A stretch of DNA of 64,000 bases from a virus (lineage: Duplodnaviria; Heunggongvirae; Uroviricota; Caudoviricetes): IMG/VR virus record IMGVR_UViG_3300046787_000302, positions 64,001-128,000 of that record. One strand, 5' to 3'. Shown here in pieces: positions 55,388-63,999 of the stretch (the first letter of the stretch is position 1; each line of letters begins with the position of its first letter). The notes beneath the pieces were generated by a model, which worked only from the letters and a program-made list of their open reading frames with translations, was not told the origin of the DNA and searched no databases. A program made the translations under genes and the position numbers.

Positions 55388-55634
55388 AAACTCTTGTAAT
55401 AGATCCACTGAATGGATCGTACTCTACCTGATTGTAACTAACGTACTTACCCGCAGGAAATACCATACGAGCATGCTCATCATGAGTTAATATACCCATT
55501 GATTTCAACTCAAATGAGAGAGCATCATTACTTTGTTGATACTCGATATCAGTTTCACACTCTAAGATGTGCTTGTGACCTACGATCTCTCCTTCTCCCA
55601 GGACGATACGCTTTGCTTTTTTTACTTCGCTCAT
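55380..55634 (-). CDS. Small His-rich cupin-like protein (GE..GH.H / HxEH family)
   Basis: LGEGEIVGHKH, LTHDEH, QVEYDP...RVYD motifs of the small partner usually found beside DUF6745-like proteins. Confidence 0.6.
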   Translation of the reverse strand: MSEVKKAKRIVLGEGEIVGHKHILECETDIEYQQSNDALSFELKSMGILTHDEHARMVFPAGKYVSYNQVEYDPFSGSITRVYD

Positions 55635-55647
55635 GATTATTTATTTA

Positions 55648-56421
55648 CTAGGTTTCTGAATACATTAACTCTAAGTACTGCTCTTTTGTCAAGTGTCTAG
55701 ACCATGTCTTCTCACTGTTTTCTGCAAGCTTTACAACAATAATATCACCTTGACGATAGATTCGTTCAGGATTAGTAACATCGATGCGTATAGTCCAAGC
55801 AATGGCTTGTATAGCATCATAATTAATATTGCCTAGTTCTTCTCTTCGTGACAGTGGATGTCTATCAAATGCTGCTTCTGGTACATATATCCAGTACTCT
55901 CTGTTTGTTGTTGTACACCAACATCTAACAGCATAGATATCAGTGTTATTAAACAAACGTCTTGACATCCAACCAGCATTATGACTATCTGGATCAGTAG
56001 GTGCTATCTTTTTAGCATCAATCTTGTATAACTCGTATACATCTTCAAACTCACGCTCAAACTGCTTGTTATCATCGTCCCAAGCAATACGCTTTTTGTT
56101 TATTACTTCTCTATTAAGTAACTCAGGATCTAACTCCTTAAACAACTTACGGATACCAATGGCATCAAAGTATACACGACGTCTCTCAAGGTTGTTTTCT
56201 GCAAACGCTTCTTGGATTGTAACCTCTTGAATATCATCCCATAACTCTTCTACAAAGTTACCAAAATCCTCAATAGATTTATGCTTTATGACGTCTTTTT
56301 TAAAGTCAACAAACTCAGGATACTTTGCTTTCCAAAGACGTAATGCTTCGGTTAGCGTAAAGTTACGGTAAGCTGATACAGTGTATGTCAGCTGATCATA
56401 CTTTGGATTATTAATCTCCAT
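55648..56421 (-). CDS. DUF6745-like protein
   Basis: NNLERRRVYFDAIG, VRCWCTTTNREYWIYVP, AIQAIAWT and RQGD motifs (family recalled, not searched). Confidence 0.5.
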   Translation of the reverse strand: MEINNPKYDQLTYTVSAYRNFTLTEALRLWKAKYPEFVDFKKDVIKHKSIEDFGNFVEELWDDIQEVTIQEAFAENNLERRRVYFDAIGIRKLFKELDPELLNREVINKKRIAWDDDNKQFEREFEDVYELYKIDAKKIAPTDPDSHNAGWMSRRLFNNTDIYAVRCWCTTTNREYWIYVPEAAFDRHPLSRREELGNINYDAIQAIAWTIRIDVTNPERIYRQGDIIVVKLAENSEKTWSRHLTKEQYLELMYSET

Positions 56422-57115
56422 ATTCTTCTTCGTTTAAGTTTAATGAAACATCTTTTTCTAGCACAGAGTCTTCTCTGTAATGAATCTCCATAGTTACAGA
56501 TAGTAAGCCTTCTGACTCTTCAAAGTCTTCTCTTGTATAGCTATCTGCACTATCAATACCTAAGAACTCGTTACCCCCAATATCAATAGATCTAATCTTA
56601 TCGTTTATAAGGGTTGCAATCTCAGTCTCTTTTTCTTTTAGATACTGTTCTAACTCAGGATCAACAAAACCGTTTGTTACAAAGGCTTCAATGGTAATAT
56701 TACCACCATCATACTGATCATGTCCGCTAACACTACAGTTAATCTGATCAAAGTAATATTTCTCAGGTACAACTAGTTTAACAGGCTCTTCAAAAGCAAC
56801 GTATTCGGTTTCTGAATAATAGTCTTGACCTACCAATGCTTTCTGCTCTTTATTATAAGTCATAGTACCTGAAGCTGAGAAATCTCCTGCCCAAGAACCA
56901 TAATCTAACTCATCATATACTTGATCAACAAGGAAGTCTGTAAAGATATTCTCTTCTGAATCACCAGACCAGTTAACGCAACCCGAGTCATTACCACCAT
57001 CCCATTCAACTGAAACTGTTAATCCTTCATCTACTTGTTTTTCACACCACTCTCTTACTAGTTTTACTTTTTCTTTCTCAGGTAACTGAGCAAATGTATC
57101 TTCGACAACTTTCAT
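56411..57115 (-). CDS. DUF6878-like acidic protein
   Basis: VEWDGGNDSG motif; very acidic; near the DUF6915-like gene. Confidence 0.45.
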   Translation of the reverse strand: MKVVEDTFAQLPEKEKVKLVREWCEKQVDEGLTVSVEWDGGNDSGCVNWSGDSEENIFTDFLVDQVYDELDYGSWAGDFSASGTMTYNKEQKALVGQDYYSETEYVAFEEPVKLVVPEKYYFDQINCSVSGHDQYDGGNITIEAFVTNGFVDPELEQYLKEKETEIATLINDKIRSIDIGGNEFLGIDSADSYTREDFEESEGLLSVTMEIHYREDSVLEKDVSLNLNEEEYGD

Positions 57116-57232
57116 GTTTTTATGTTTTTTGTAATATACTAATAACTATTATTAACTTCTTGGTAAAATACAACAAGTATTAGTTTTATCCAGTTTTATG
57201 CCGTATCTTTCTTAAGATAATACAACACTTCT

Positions 57233-57367
57233 ATGATAAATCTAATACTTGCTCTACTATTACTTTGCTCTTCTTTAGGAGCTACTTTGTCTAAGTTTTC
57301 AAAGTCTACTATTGTTCGTGCTGAACGTAAGCATACTAAACCTTTAGTTCTTGACAAAGAGGTTTAA
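57233..57367 (+). CDS. Small hydrophobic-N-terminus protein (44 aa; not in ORF track), opposite strand
   Basis: MINLILALLLLCSSLGATLSKFSKSTIVRAERKHTKPLVLDKEV; its stop overlaps the DUF6915-like stop in a shared TTAA. Confidence 0.4.
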   Translation: MINLILALLLLCSSLGATLSKFSKSTIVRAERKHTKPLVLDKEV

Positions 57368-57747
57368 ACTGTTTTGACATGATCAAGTTTTTGATCTCGA
57401 ATGTCTCTAACTAGTTTTCTACCCTCGCCTGGTTTATACAACCAAACTGCAGGATCCATAAGATCTAAGTAATCCTTTATAGTTGGTATGAAACCAAGAT
57501 CCTCCATGATATGCTGCTCACCAAGAACTCTTGTTGGCACCATCTTACCGTCTGAATTAACGATAAATACACCAAACTCTTTCTCAGCCCAGAAGATGCC
57601 TTCTGAGTGATGTCTAAGAGCCCTATGTCTCATATCTGGATAATGTTGTTTGGTTTCATCAAACCAATTGTGCAATGGTAGATAGTCTTCTATCTCACCC
57701 CCATGTTTTTTCTGAGAGCTTATTGCGTGATGTAATGGATGCGACAT
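57364..57747 (-). CDS. DUF6915-like His-rich protein
   Basis: HPLHHAISS.KK.GG, HNWFDETK, RHRALRHH.EGIF, GEQHI.EDLG motifs. Confidence 0.7.
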   Translation of the reverse strand: MSHPLHHAISSQKKHGGEIEDYLPLHNWFDETKQHYPDMRHRALRHHSEGIFWAEKEFGVFIVNSDGKMVPTRVLGEQHIMEDLGFIPTIKDYLDLMDPAVWLYKPGEGRKLVRDIRDQKLDHVKTV

Positions 57748-58157
57748 TATTCTTTATCTAAACGGTTGATTGAAAAGCCTAACTCCTTTGCTTCGTTAGG
57801 ATGAAGCTCAATATACTCATGGCAAGAAGCGCATACTCCAAGCCAGGTACTCATGTTATTGTGGTTTTCACCTCTACCTGCTTTATGATGTATCTGTGCA
57901 GCACCAATAGTACACCCTGCAAGACGAGCTTGACAAAACGGATGAAGAGCAAAGAACGCTACACGTTTACGCTCATACTCCGACATTGTCTTACTCATCT
58001 TTTTTGATACAGGATTTGGCTTACTTGTTGGTTTTGCCAAAGCTTTTGGACGCTCAATAGAATACCAGCAGTCTTTGCAGTACTTCTCTTTTCCATGAGC
58101 CTTCCATATTACTTTCAGTTGATTACACCCATTACATAACTTTTGTTTTGGGATCAT
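57747..58157 (-). CDS. HNH nuclease-like protein with N-terminal CxxC zinc finger
   Basis: CNGC...CKDC; CQARLAGC...QIHHKAGR...VCASCH. Confidence 0.7.
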   Translation of the reverse strand: MIPKQKLCNGCNQLKVIWKAHGKEKYCKDCWYSIERPKALAKPTSKPNPVSKKMSKTMSEYERKRVAFFALHPFCQARLAGCTIGAAQIHHKAGRGENHNNMSTWLGVCASCHEYIELHPNEAKELGFSINRLDKE

Positions 58158-58684
58158 AAAGCAAAGAAGTTTTGAGGTAATATCTCTTCATGTACTAATA
58201 CCTTTGCGATTGCATACTTATCAATACCAAGTTCTTTAAAGCTCACCTTGCTAGGAGTAGCTAAATCACTTTTCTTATCAGAGGTAAACTCTTTTACAAA
58301 CTCAGAGTTTGGGAACCAGGCAACAAGTAAAGTACGTAAGTACTTGTTTGTCTTTCTGTTTTTGAACTGAGTAATAATCTTTTGAGCGTCTCGGAAAGCA
58401 ACATTAACACTTTGCTTTTCTCTTTTACTCATGTGTTCTATCTCTTCTGTATGAAAAGACGATAAACCATAAACAACACGCTTATACAGCTTTTGTTGTT
58501 CGGTTGTAAACTCACGATATACTCGTGTTTTGCTTTCTTTTCTAACTGGTTGGTTAGATTCTTCCGTGTAATGATACGGAATGCTTGTGAAGTTTGTGGC
58601 ACCAACTCGGTATATAACAATACCGTTCTTGTTTGCACTCACGATTTCTAGCTTTTTCATGTGTGAATTATTTAAGATAAACAA
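58154..58684 (-). CDS. Hypothetical protein (start may be MKKLE at 58660)
   Basis: ORF in operon downstream of a terminator. Confidence 0.55.
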   Translation of the reverse strand: MFILNNSHMKKLEIVSANKNGIVIYRVGATNFTSIPYHYTEESNQPVRKESKTRVYREFTTEQQKLYKRVVYGLSSFHTEEIEHMSKREKQSVNVAFRDAQKIITQFKNRKTNKYLRTLLVAWFPNSEFVKEFTSDKKSDLATPSKVSFKELGIDKYAIAKVLVHEEILPQNFFAL

Positions 58685-58713
58685 AAAAGGGAGAGCCGCT
58701 TTGACCCTCCCTT
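58683..58713 (-). terminator. Intrinsic terminator
   Basis: Minus strand AAGGGAG...CTCCCTT stem followed by a T-run. Confidence 0.7.
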
Positions 58714-58736
58714 AAACTACAAAATACTACTGCTTA

Positions 58737-59237
58737 TTATAATACTGCTTCTTTCTCGAACTCTTCGACGCTATTAGTTTTTGAGATAAACTTATCAGCA
58801 ACAATACGTTCTGCCTTTATAGCATTACGAATAGCTTCTGAACAGTCTTCATCATGCATTACCAATACATCTTGAGCGTTTGGATCATTAACATAGAAAG
58901 TATCTCTATAGATAGGCTCTCCACCAATATTACAAACTACTCCTGTTGTACCAGCAATCTTTAAGTGCTGATCTGGATTCTCTGGATTAAATGGTTCCAA
59001 AGATTCTTTAACAATAATACGTCCCGGAAGGGTTTGGTTTGGCTTAAAGTTAGCAGCAACTAAGTCACTGATTAAACCTTTGATTAAAGCTGAACGCTTT
59101 GATAATCTTAACCATCCATTATCGCTAATGGTGTGAGCATGTTGCTTTACGATTACAAAGCCATACTCTGGATTGTTTGGAGACATGTTGATAATATTAC
59201 CAAACTCGTCTGCAGATACTGTTACTTGTGTTGACAT
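58737..59237 (-). CDS. Conserved crAss-like hypothetical protein (possibly OB-fold)
   Basis: GRIIVKESLEPF...KIAG.TG.VC...GEPIYR motif that I recall from crAss-like phages; has its own terminator. Confidence 0.5.
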   Translation of the reverse strand: MSTQVTVSADEFGNIINMSPNNPEYGFVIVKQHAHTISDNGWLRLSKRSALIKGLISDLVAANFKPNQTLPGRIIVKESLEPFNPENPDQHLKIAGTTGVVCNIGGEPIYRDTFYVNDPNAQDVLVMHDEDCSEAIRNAIKAERIVADKFISKTNSVEEFEKEAVL

Positions 59238-59267
59238 GTTATTTATTAGTTTAAGTTATATACAATA

Positions 59268-59303
59268 CAAAAAAAATCCTGCCCAGTAAAACCAGACAGG
59301 ATT
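59268..59303 (-). terminator. Intrinsic terminator
   Basis: Minus strand AATCCTGTCTGG-TTTTA-CTGGGCAGGATT followed by a T-run. Confidence 0.75.
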
Positions 59304-59329
59304 ATAAAAAAACGTATGAATCATTAACC

Positions 59330-59584
59330 TTAATCTTCCGCAATATCAGGTAAGTCAAGATCGGTTGGTTTGATCTTATCTTCAAATGATAGTTGCGTTA
59401 AATCTTCGATATCTGGTATATCGGGGTAGGACTTCGTGCTAGTCAATACTGATCCAAACCATGGATCCTCTACCTCTTCTCCGTAGTTGTTTGCCATTAA
59501 GTCTTGGAAGTCATCGTCAGTCATATCACAGAACTGTTCTGTTGACATTTCAATAATCTTCCCGTTGGGCATCTGATAAATCAT
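59330..59584 (-). CDS. Acidic hypothetical protein (84 aa; start re-called at MIYQ)
   Basis: The track start at 59608 lies inside a TATATTTG promoter element, so the downstream ATG is more plausible. Confidence 0.55.
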   Translation of the reverse strand: MIYQMPNGKIIEMSTEQFCDMTDDDFQDLMANNYGEEVEDPWFGSVLTSTKSYPDIPDIEDLTQLSFEDKIKPTDLDLPDIAED

Positions 59585-59605
59585 ATATAGGCATAGTAAG
59601 TAATG

Positions 59606-59613
59606 CAAATATA
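59606..59613 (-). promoter_or_regulatory. Bacteroidota -7 promoter element (TATATTTG)
   Basis: Exact TAnnTTTG in an intergenic AT-rich region. Confidence 0.5.
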
Positions 59614-59678
59614 TATGTTACTTTTTACCAAAAAAGCCTATAATAAACAAGCAATGGACTATAGAGCTATACCAGTAA

Positions 59679-59837
59679 CTATTTTTTACGCTTTAGTTCA
59701 CTTACTACTCTTTTCCAGTAAGCGTTTGTCTTATTGATTGCCTCTTGGCGTTTATCTAGCTCTACTCTTGCTTGAGCTAGTTCTTCTTTTAGGTCGTGGA
59801 TAAGACCACGAGATTTGAAAAAATCTAGTATACCCAT
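59679..59837 (-). CDS. Small coiled-coil protein (52 aa; not in ORF track)
   Basis: MGILDFFKSRGLIHDLKEELAQARVELDKRQEAINKTNAYWKRVVSELKRKK; starts 1 nt after the upstream stop. Confidence 0.6.
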   Translation of the reverse strand: MGILDFFKSRGLIHDLKEELAQARVELDKRQEAINKTNAYWKRVVSELKRKK

Positions 59838-59838
59838 A

Positions 59839-60432
59839 TTAAATACTTTGTTTTAGTTTTTTGTAAATACGACTAAGTGGACCACCAAGTGCTACTTCAT
59901 CTGCAGTTTTTGCAGATAGCTTATGGTTCTTTGTCAGTTTGACGATATCAATTAGCTCGCCCGCTTCGTTTACTGCTTTACCTTTTCTGGAAACATTAAA
60001 CGCTGTAATCATATTGTCTTCATCCGACTCGTAGTGGAAGAATAATATCTCTTTTGGTTTGACATCTTTCATGTCCTCTAAAGTAATGTCTTCATCTCTC
60101 TTGTTTAGCTTCTCAACATCTTCTTTTGATATTGTTCTAACCATACCAAGGTATGCAAACACACAACCAACAAGAGTAAAGTCTCCTTTTAACAACTGTT
60201 GTCCTATCTTTGGAAGTATATCTTCCATTAAGAACAGTTTTGTCTCATCACTCTTTAGTAAACTAGATGGTAAAGGACAAATCATTAGATGATCCCTGGC
60301 TTTCTCATCAGTCTCATTAATCTTCTCAGCAATGATACCAATAGTTGGTAGTATTTCACCATCGTCAACTATAGACTTCTCCATGAGCTCTCTAAACTCA
60401 TCGTTTAGTAATACTATCTTTGATTTCTTCAT
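59839..60432 (-). CDS. Hypothetical protein (197 aa)
   Basis: Long ORF in operon. Confidence 0.6.
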   Translation of the reverse strand: MKKSKIVLLNDEFRELMEKSIVDDGEILPTIGIIAEKINETDEKARDHLMICPLPSSLLKSDETKLFLMEDILPKIGQQLLKGDFTLVGCVFAYLGMVRTISKEDVEKLNKRDEDITLEDMKDVKPKEILFFHYESDEDNMITAFNVSRKGKAVNEAGELIDIVKLTKNHKLSAKTADEVALGGPLSRIYKKLKQSI

Positions 60433-60441
60433 ATCATGTTG

Positions 60442-60990
60442 TTAAAACCACCATCTTGGTGAGTGTATAGCAATAATCTTATAAGCTAACATCCGAGCTT
60501 CATCAGTTAATCTTTCACTTAGTAGTGTTCCTATAAGATAACGATCATCTTCTGTTACTTTTCTACCAATACGTTTAAGATGATAAAGCACATGCTTATA
60601 TGCTCTTGGATGTTTATCAAAGTATTCTCCAAGATTATCAAAGGTTGTTGTTCTTGTAAACAAACCTCTTTGATCAAGGTCATAGTCAGCACCATAGTAC
60701 TTATCTAACTCATCAACATAGTAGTTTGAATTAACTCTATTAAGTAACTCACGAGCTAACTTCATTCGATTTAGATCATAAGTGTGATGTTCGCCACAAA
60801 ACTTATTAAAGTCAGTAAACTTTAGTATCATTCTGTCTAACTGAAACACAGTAAACTTCTCAAAGTAATAGTAGTCCCAATCACCAAGGTTATATACTTT
60901 TGGTAACCAATAGATTAAGTTACTTGCCTTGTAACTAAGCCTGTAGTACCATCCTTTTACTGTGAACTTGATTCTGTTTAATCTATTCAT
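60442..60990 (-). CDS. Hypothetical protein (182 aa)
   Basis: ORF with DWDYYY and WWF motifs seen in phage hypothetical proteins. Confidence 0.6.
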   Translation of the reverse strand: MNRLNRIKFTVKGWYYRLSYKASNLIYWLPKVYNLGDWDYYYFEKFTVFQLDRMILKFTDFNKFCGEHHTYDLNRMKLARELLNRVNSNYYVDELDKYYGADYDLDQRGLFTRTTTFDNLGEYFDKHPRAYKHVLYHLKRIGRKVTEDDRYLIGTLLSERLTDEARMLAYKIIAIHSPRWWF

Positions 60991-61291
60991 TACTTATAGC
61001 TAATAATAGTAGCTTTGTTGCTACTCGTTCATAAACTGCCCAAAAATGCTCAGCAGTTATCTCATTATGAAGATGTGGATTTAATGCAAAGTTTGCTCCA
61101 CAAGTACTTGATATCTCACCTGGCAAAGTGCTTGGCATCCAGCCTGCTTTAACTCCGTTATCATCAAACTCTTTTACTTCTAATACATTACCTGATGATT
61201 CTTCAAGTGCAACATGATTATATATCAGCGTAGTATTACTTGATAGATAGTTTATAGCAAACTTAGTGTAAGCTTTTCTTTTGTTCTCCAT
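60983..61291 (-). CDS. Hypothetical protein (102 aa)
   Basis: ORF in operon. Confidence 0.5.
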   Translation of the reverse strand: MENKRKAYTKFAINYLSSNTTLIYNHVALEESSGNVLEVKEFDDNGVKAGWMPSTLPGEISSTCGANFALNPHLHNEITAEHFWAVYERVATKLLLLAISNE

Positions 61292-61302
61292 GGATTTGCA
61301 AG

Positions 61303-62217
61303 TTAAAAAATATATCTGATATTAGACACATCAAGATATTGACCATAAACAGTTTTAAACTTAAGTATAGCTTCTGGCTTTACATCTTTTGAATAACGTA
61401 AGTTTATACCACCATACTCTGATTTTTTGTATTCTTGTATGTCAGGATGATAAAGTAACACGTTTACAATCCTTCCTTCAGGAGTATGTTGATTACGTTC
61501 TGCTTGTATGTCACTGTACGTCATAAAAATACACTCAGATGGCAAATCAATACCTCGTACTCGTAGTTTATTAAATAATCTACTATATTGAAACAACCAA
61601 CTACTATCTTCTCTTATAATAATGGGAGAGAAGTTTATATGTACCTCAAACTTAGTCTGCAGACTCTTTATTGCTTTAATCCTTGTATCTATACGCGTTG
61701 TTTTGGGCTCAAGTATCTCAGAGTATATCTGAGGCATTAACGACACTCTAATGCGATTCTTTTCAGGAAGGATATAATACTTATCAAGAGGAAACACATT
61801 AGGATACTTTGTTGCGAACGTACTCTTTAGCTTTGGATGGTTATTAAAGAATGTAAAGACTCTTTGCCAGTCATAGTGCTTATGATGTAAAGCAATATCA
61901 GTACTACAACCAATATCAATAGTATAGTATTTCTCATCACACTGATTAGGTACTTTAGGCCATGGTTGGCTTTCAACCCATCGATCAATGCTCATTAAGA
62001 TCTGATCTATATTATCGTTTATGTATACTGTTGTATGATTAAACCTTGAAACATAGCAATATGATGTCATACAACCACCTGCACACCCATAAATAAAGTT
62101 GGGAGAAACTGCATCAGAGCTTCTCCCATTTGGTTTTGTGACTAATGTTTTAGTCTTCTGATGTTTGATTACCATCTGGCTTGTTTTTACGGTTATGTAA
62201 CTCAGCTTCTGCTTCAA
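61303..62217 (-). CDS. Spore photoproduct lyase-like radical SAM protein (start may be MVIKH at 62175)
   Basis: PNGRSSD..SPN..YGCAGGCMTSYCYV cluster motif, IDIGCSTD, FATKY, RVSLMP, HINFSPII. Confidence 0.8.
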   Translation of the reverse strand: MKQKLSYITVKTSQMVIKHQKTKTLVTKPNGRSSDAVSPNFIYGCAGGCMTSYCYVSRFNHTTVYINDNIDQILMSIDRWVESQPWPKVPNQCDEKYYTIDIGCSTDIALHHKHYDWQRVFTFFNNHPKLKSTFATKYPNVFPLDKYYILPEKNRIRVSLMPQIYSEILEPKTTRIDTRIKAIKSLQTKFEVHINFSPIIIREDSSWLFQYSRLFNKLRVRGIDLPSECIFMTYSDIQAERNQHTPEGRIVNVLLYHPDIQEYKKSEYGGINLRYSKDVKPEAILKFKTVYGQYLDVSNIRYIF

Positions 62218-62452
62218 ACTGTGCTTTATCTAACATCATATCGATATCATCCTTTACAGTTGAGCACTGATTAATCATTCTCTGAACAACATAAGGTTGT
62301 AGTCCATGATACATTACTTCAACTTCAAAGTCTTCATCAGAAAACAGATTGATCATCTGCTCTTCACTAATATCAAGTACAACAAAGTGCTTATACTTGT
62401 TAGTTATGATATTCCACAGAATGTTTAGTTTAACTACTAGTTTTGTCATCAT
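62150..62452 (-). CDS. Hypothetical protein (100 aa)
   Basis: ORF in operon. Confidence 0.55.
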   Translation of the reverse strand: MMTKLVVKLNILWNIITNKYKHFVVLDISEEQMINLFSDEDFEVEVMYHGLQPYVVQRMINQCSTVKDDIDMMLDKAQFEAEAELHNRKNKPDGNQTSED

Positions 62453-62789
62453 CTTTTAGTTTTTGTAGGTTGTCAGAGATACCATAAGATATCTTTCCAT
62501 CACTAGTAACTGCTTGTTTTAACTCATCAAGCAAGTTTATACCTTTTGCTTCAAAGTGCATAGATATAGTGCTAAATAAACCTACAGTACTTTCTTTACT
62601 TAACCACATCTTTGATATTGTGTTTCTTCCTGATGATTCAGGATTCTCAACAAGTAAAGCATAACTACCATCTTCTAATGAAGCAACTATTATTGTACGA
62701 TTATCAAGATAACGTGCTTGTACAAAGTCTATTATTTCTAGTTCACCACTCCCAGTGACTACTTTACCATATTTATTCTCTTTCGTCAT
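62430..62789 (-). CDS. Hypothetical protein (119 aa)
   Basis: ORF in operon. Confidence 0.55.
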   Translation of the reverse strand: MTKENKYGKVVTGSGELEIIDFVQARYLDNRTIIVASLEDGSYALLVENPESSGRNTISKMWLSKESTVGLFSTISMHFEAKGINLLDELKQAVTSDGKISYGISDNLQKLKDDDKTSS

Positions 62790-63018
62790 CTATCCAATTA
62801 TTATGTAATCTAACAAAGTGTTCGGCTAGTTCTTGGTTAAGTTCACCTGGACGTACTACTGTATACTCTTGTTCTGTATCAATCATTTGATACTCGCTAT
62901 ATAGAATAGGTACAACAGGAACAATAGTTCTACACCAGCACTCTTCACCTTGACTACAAGTGGATGTTTTCCACTTTACTATAAGAGATAACTCTTGTGC
63001 TTCTTCGTATGTCATCAT
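62773..63018 (-). CDS. Hypothetical protein (81 aa) with C-x4-x-CWC motif
   Basis: TCSQGEECWCR...HFVRLHN; ATGA overlap with the upstream gene. Confidence 0.55.
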   Translation of the reverse strand: MMTYEEAQELSLIVKWKTSTCSQGEECWCRTIVPVVPILYSEYQMIDTEQEYTVVRPGELNQELAEHFVRLHNNWIDDERE

Positions 63019-63425
63019 GATTTAAGTTTAGCTAACTCTTCTTCAAGTTCAGCGATTCTCTCCTGTTTTTCAGCAGTTACTATTCTTTCAAGCTCTTTTT
63101 TAAGCTCTTCTACAACATTTAGGTTATCTGCAACCATCTTATCTATTCGAGGCGTGTTAAAATAGAAGTAATGGTAAACTTCAACTTCTGGTCCATATAC
63201 ACTGTAATCTACTACTATTTTAGCTTTACTTTTAGTACCTGTATAAAAGTAAATAGTATAAAGCGGAAGAAAAGAATTGAACCAGGAGTTGTCATCACGA
63301 TATATTCTAACATTACCAACATGAATAGAAGACGCAGGTAAAGGATTATCTTCTGTGTCATACTTTCGTATTTCCATACGCATCTCTTCTGCTATCTTAA
63401 GCAAGGCTTTTAGTTGTTCTCTCAT
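63015..63425 (-). CDS. Hypothetical protein (136 aa)
   Basis: ATGA overlaps at both ends. Confidence 0.55.
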   Translation of the reverse strand: MREQLKALLKIAEEMRMEIRKYDTEDNPLPASSIHVGNVRIYRDDNSWFNSFLPLYTIYFYTGTKSKAKIVVDYSVYGPEVEVYHYFYFNTPRIDKMVADNLNVVEELKKELERIVTAEKQERIAELEEELAKLKS

Positions 63426-63688
63426 TTCTTTTGTTTTTTACGTCGAACATTATTTACGGTGAAGTATTTACTCTCACCTTTTCTAGCTTTTCTAAGCTCA
63501 GTATGAAAGTCAGTACCATCATCTTCAAGTTTTTGCAATAACTCAAACAGTCTTTGCTTTCTTCGTTCTTCTTCTTTACCACCAAAAACATAGTAATCCA
63601 GCAAAGCTCCAAAGATTCCTGGAGGAGCTGGAAGAAACATACCCATTGATAGTATAGCAAGGATTAACATTAAATAAGGTGATTCCAT
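63422..63688 (-). CDS. Small membrane protein (start re-called at MESP)
   Basis: Hydrophobic N-terminus; TAATG overlap with the upstream ORF stop. Confidence 0.5.
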   Translation of the reverse strand: MESPYLMLILAILSMGMFLPAPPGIFGALLDYYVFGGKEEERRKQRLFELLQKLEDDGTDFHTELRKARKGESKYFTVNNVRRKKQKK

Positions 63689-63999
63689 TACCAAAGTGCT
63701 TTAACTCTCTTTACTGCCCAAGTATATCTACTCTTATTATTCAAACGAAAGTAGTAGTGACCTCCTGTTTGTGTAGCTTTATGTCTAAACTGCCACATAG
63801 TAGTGTTACGTAGTTCTTGTATGATATCTTCATTACCAGACCAACCTAGTGTATGGATCTCTAAAAGACCATGCTTATAAACAATAGCATCATCATAATA
63901 CCAAATAGATCGGATATACTCAATAAGGTCTGCAAAGTCTAGACTTTTATAATACTTACCTAATACATAACTACCATTAACATAACCACAGCTCCAGTT
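63688..63999 (-). CDS. Partial hypothetical protein running off the window (not in ORF track)
   Basis: Open frame translated by hand: ...LEIHTLGWSGNEDIIQEL...WQF...TGGHYYF...ALW*; GWSGNE/GGHY motif seen in phage proteins. Confidence 0.6.
   Translation of the reverse strand, partial: NWSCGYVNGSYVLGKYYKSLDFADLIEYIRSIWYYDDAIVYKHGLLEIHTLGWSGNEDIIQELRNTTMWQFRHKATQTGGHYYFRLNNKSRYTWAVKRVKALW

Noticed and set aside
25559-59840. tRNA genes, CRISPR arrays or att/integrase elements in intergenic gaps
   Set aside because: The gaps are short and AT-rich, and are explained by terminators, promoters or small ORFs; no cloverleaf, spaced direct repeats or integrase seen.
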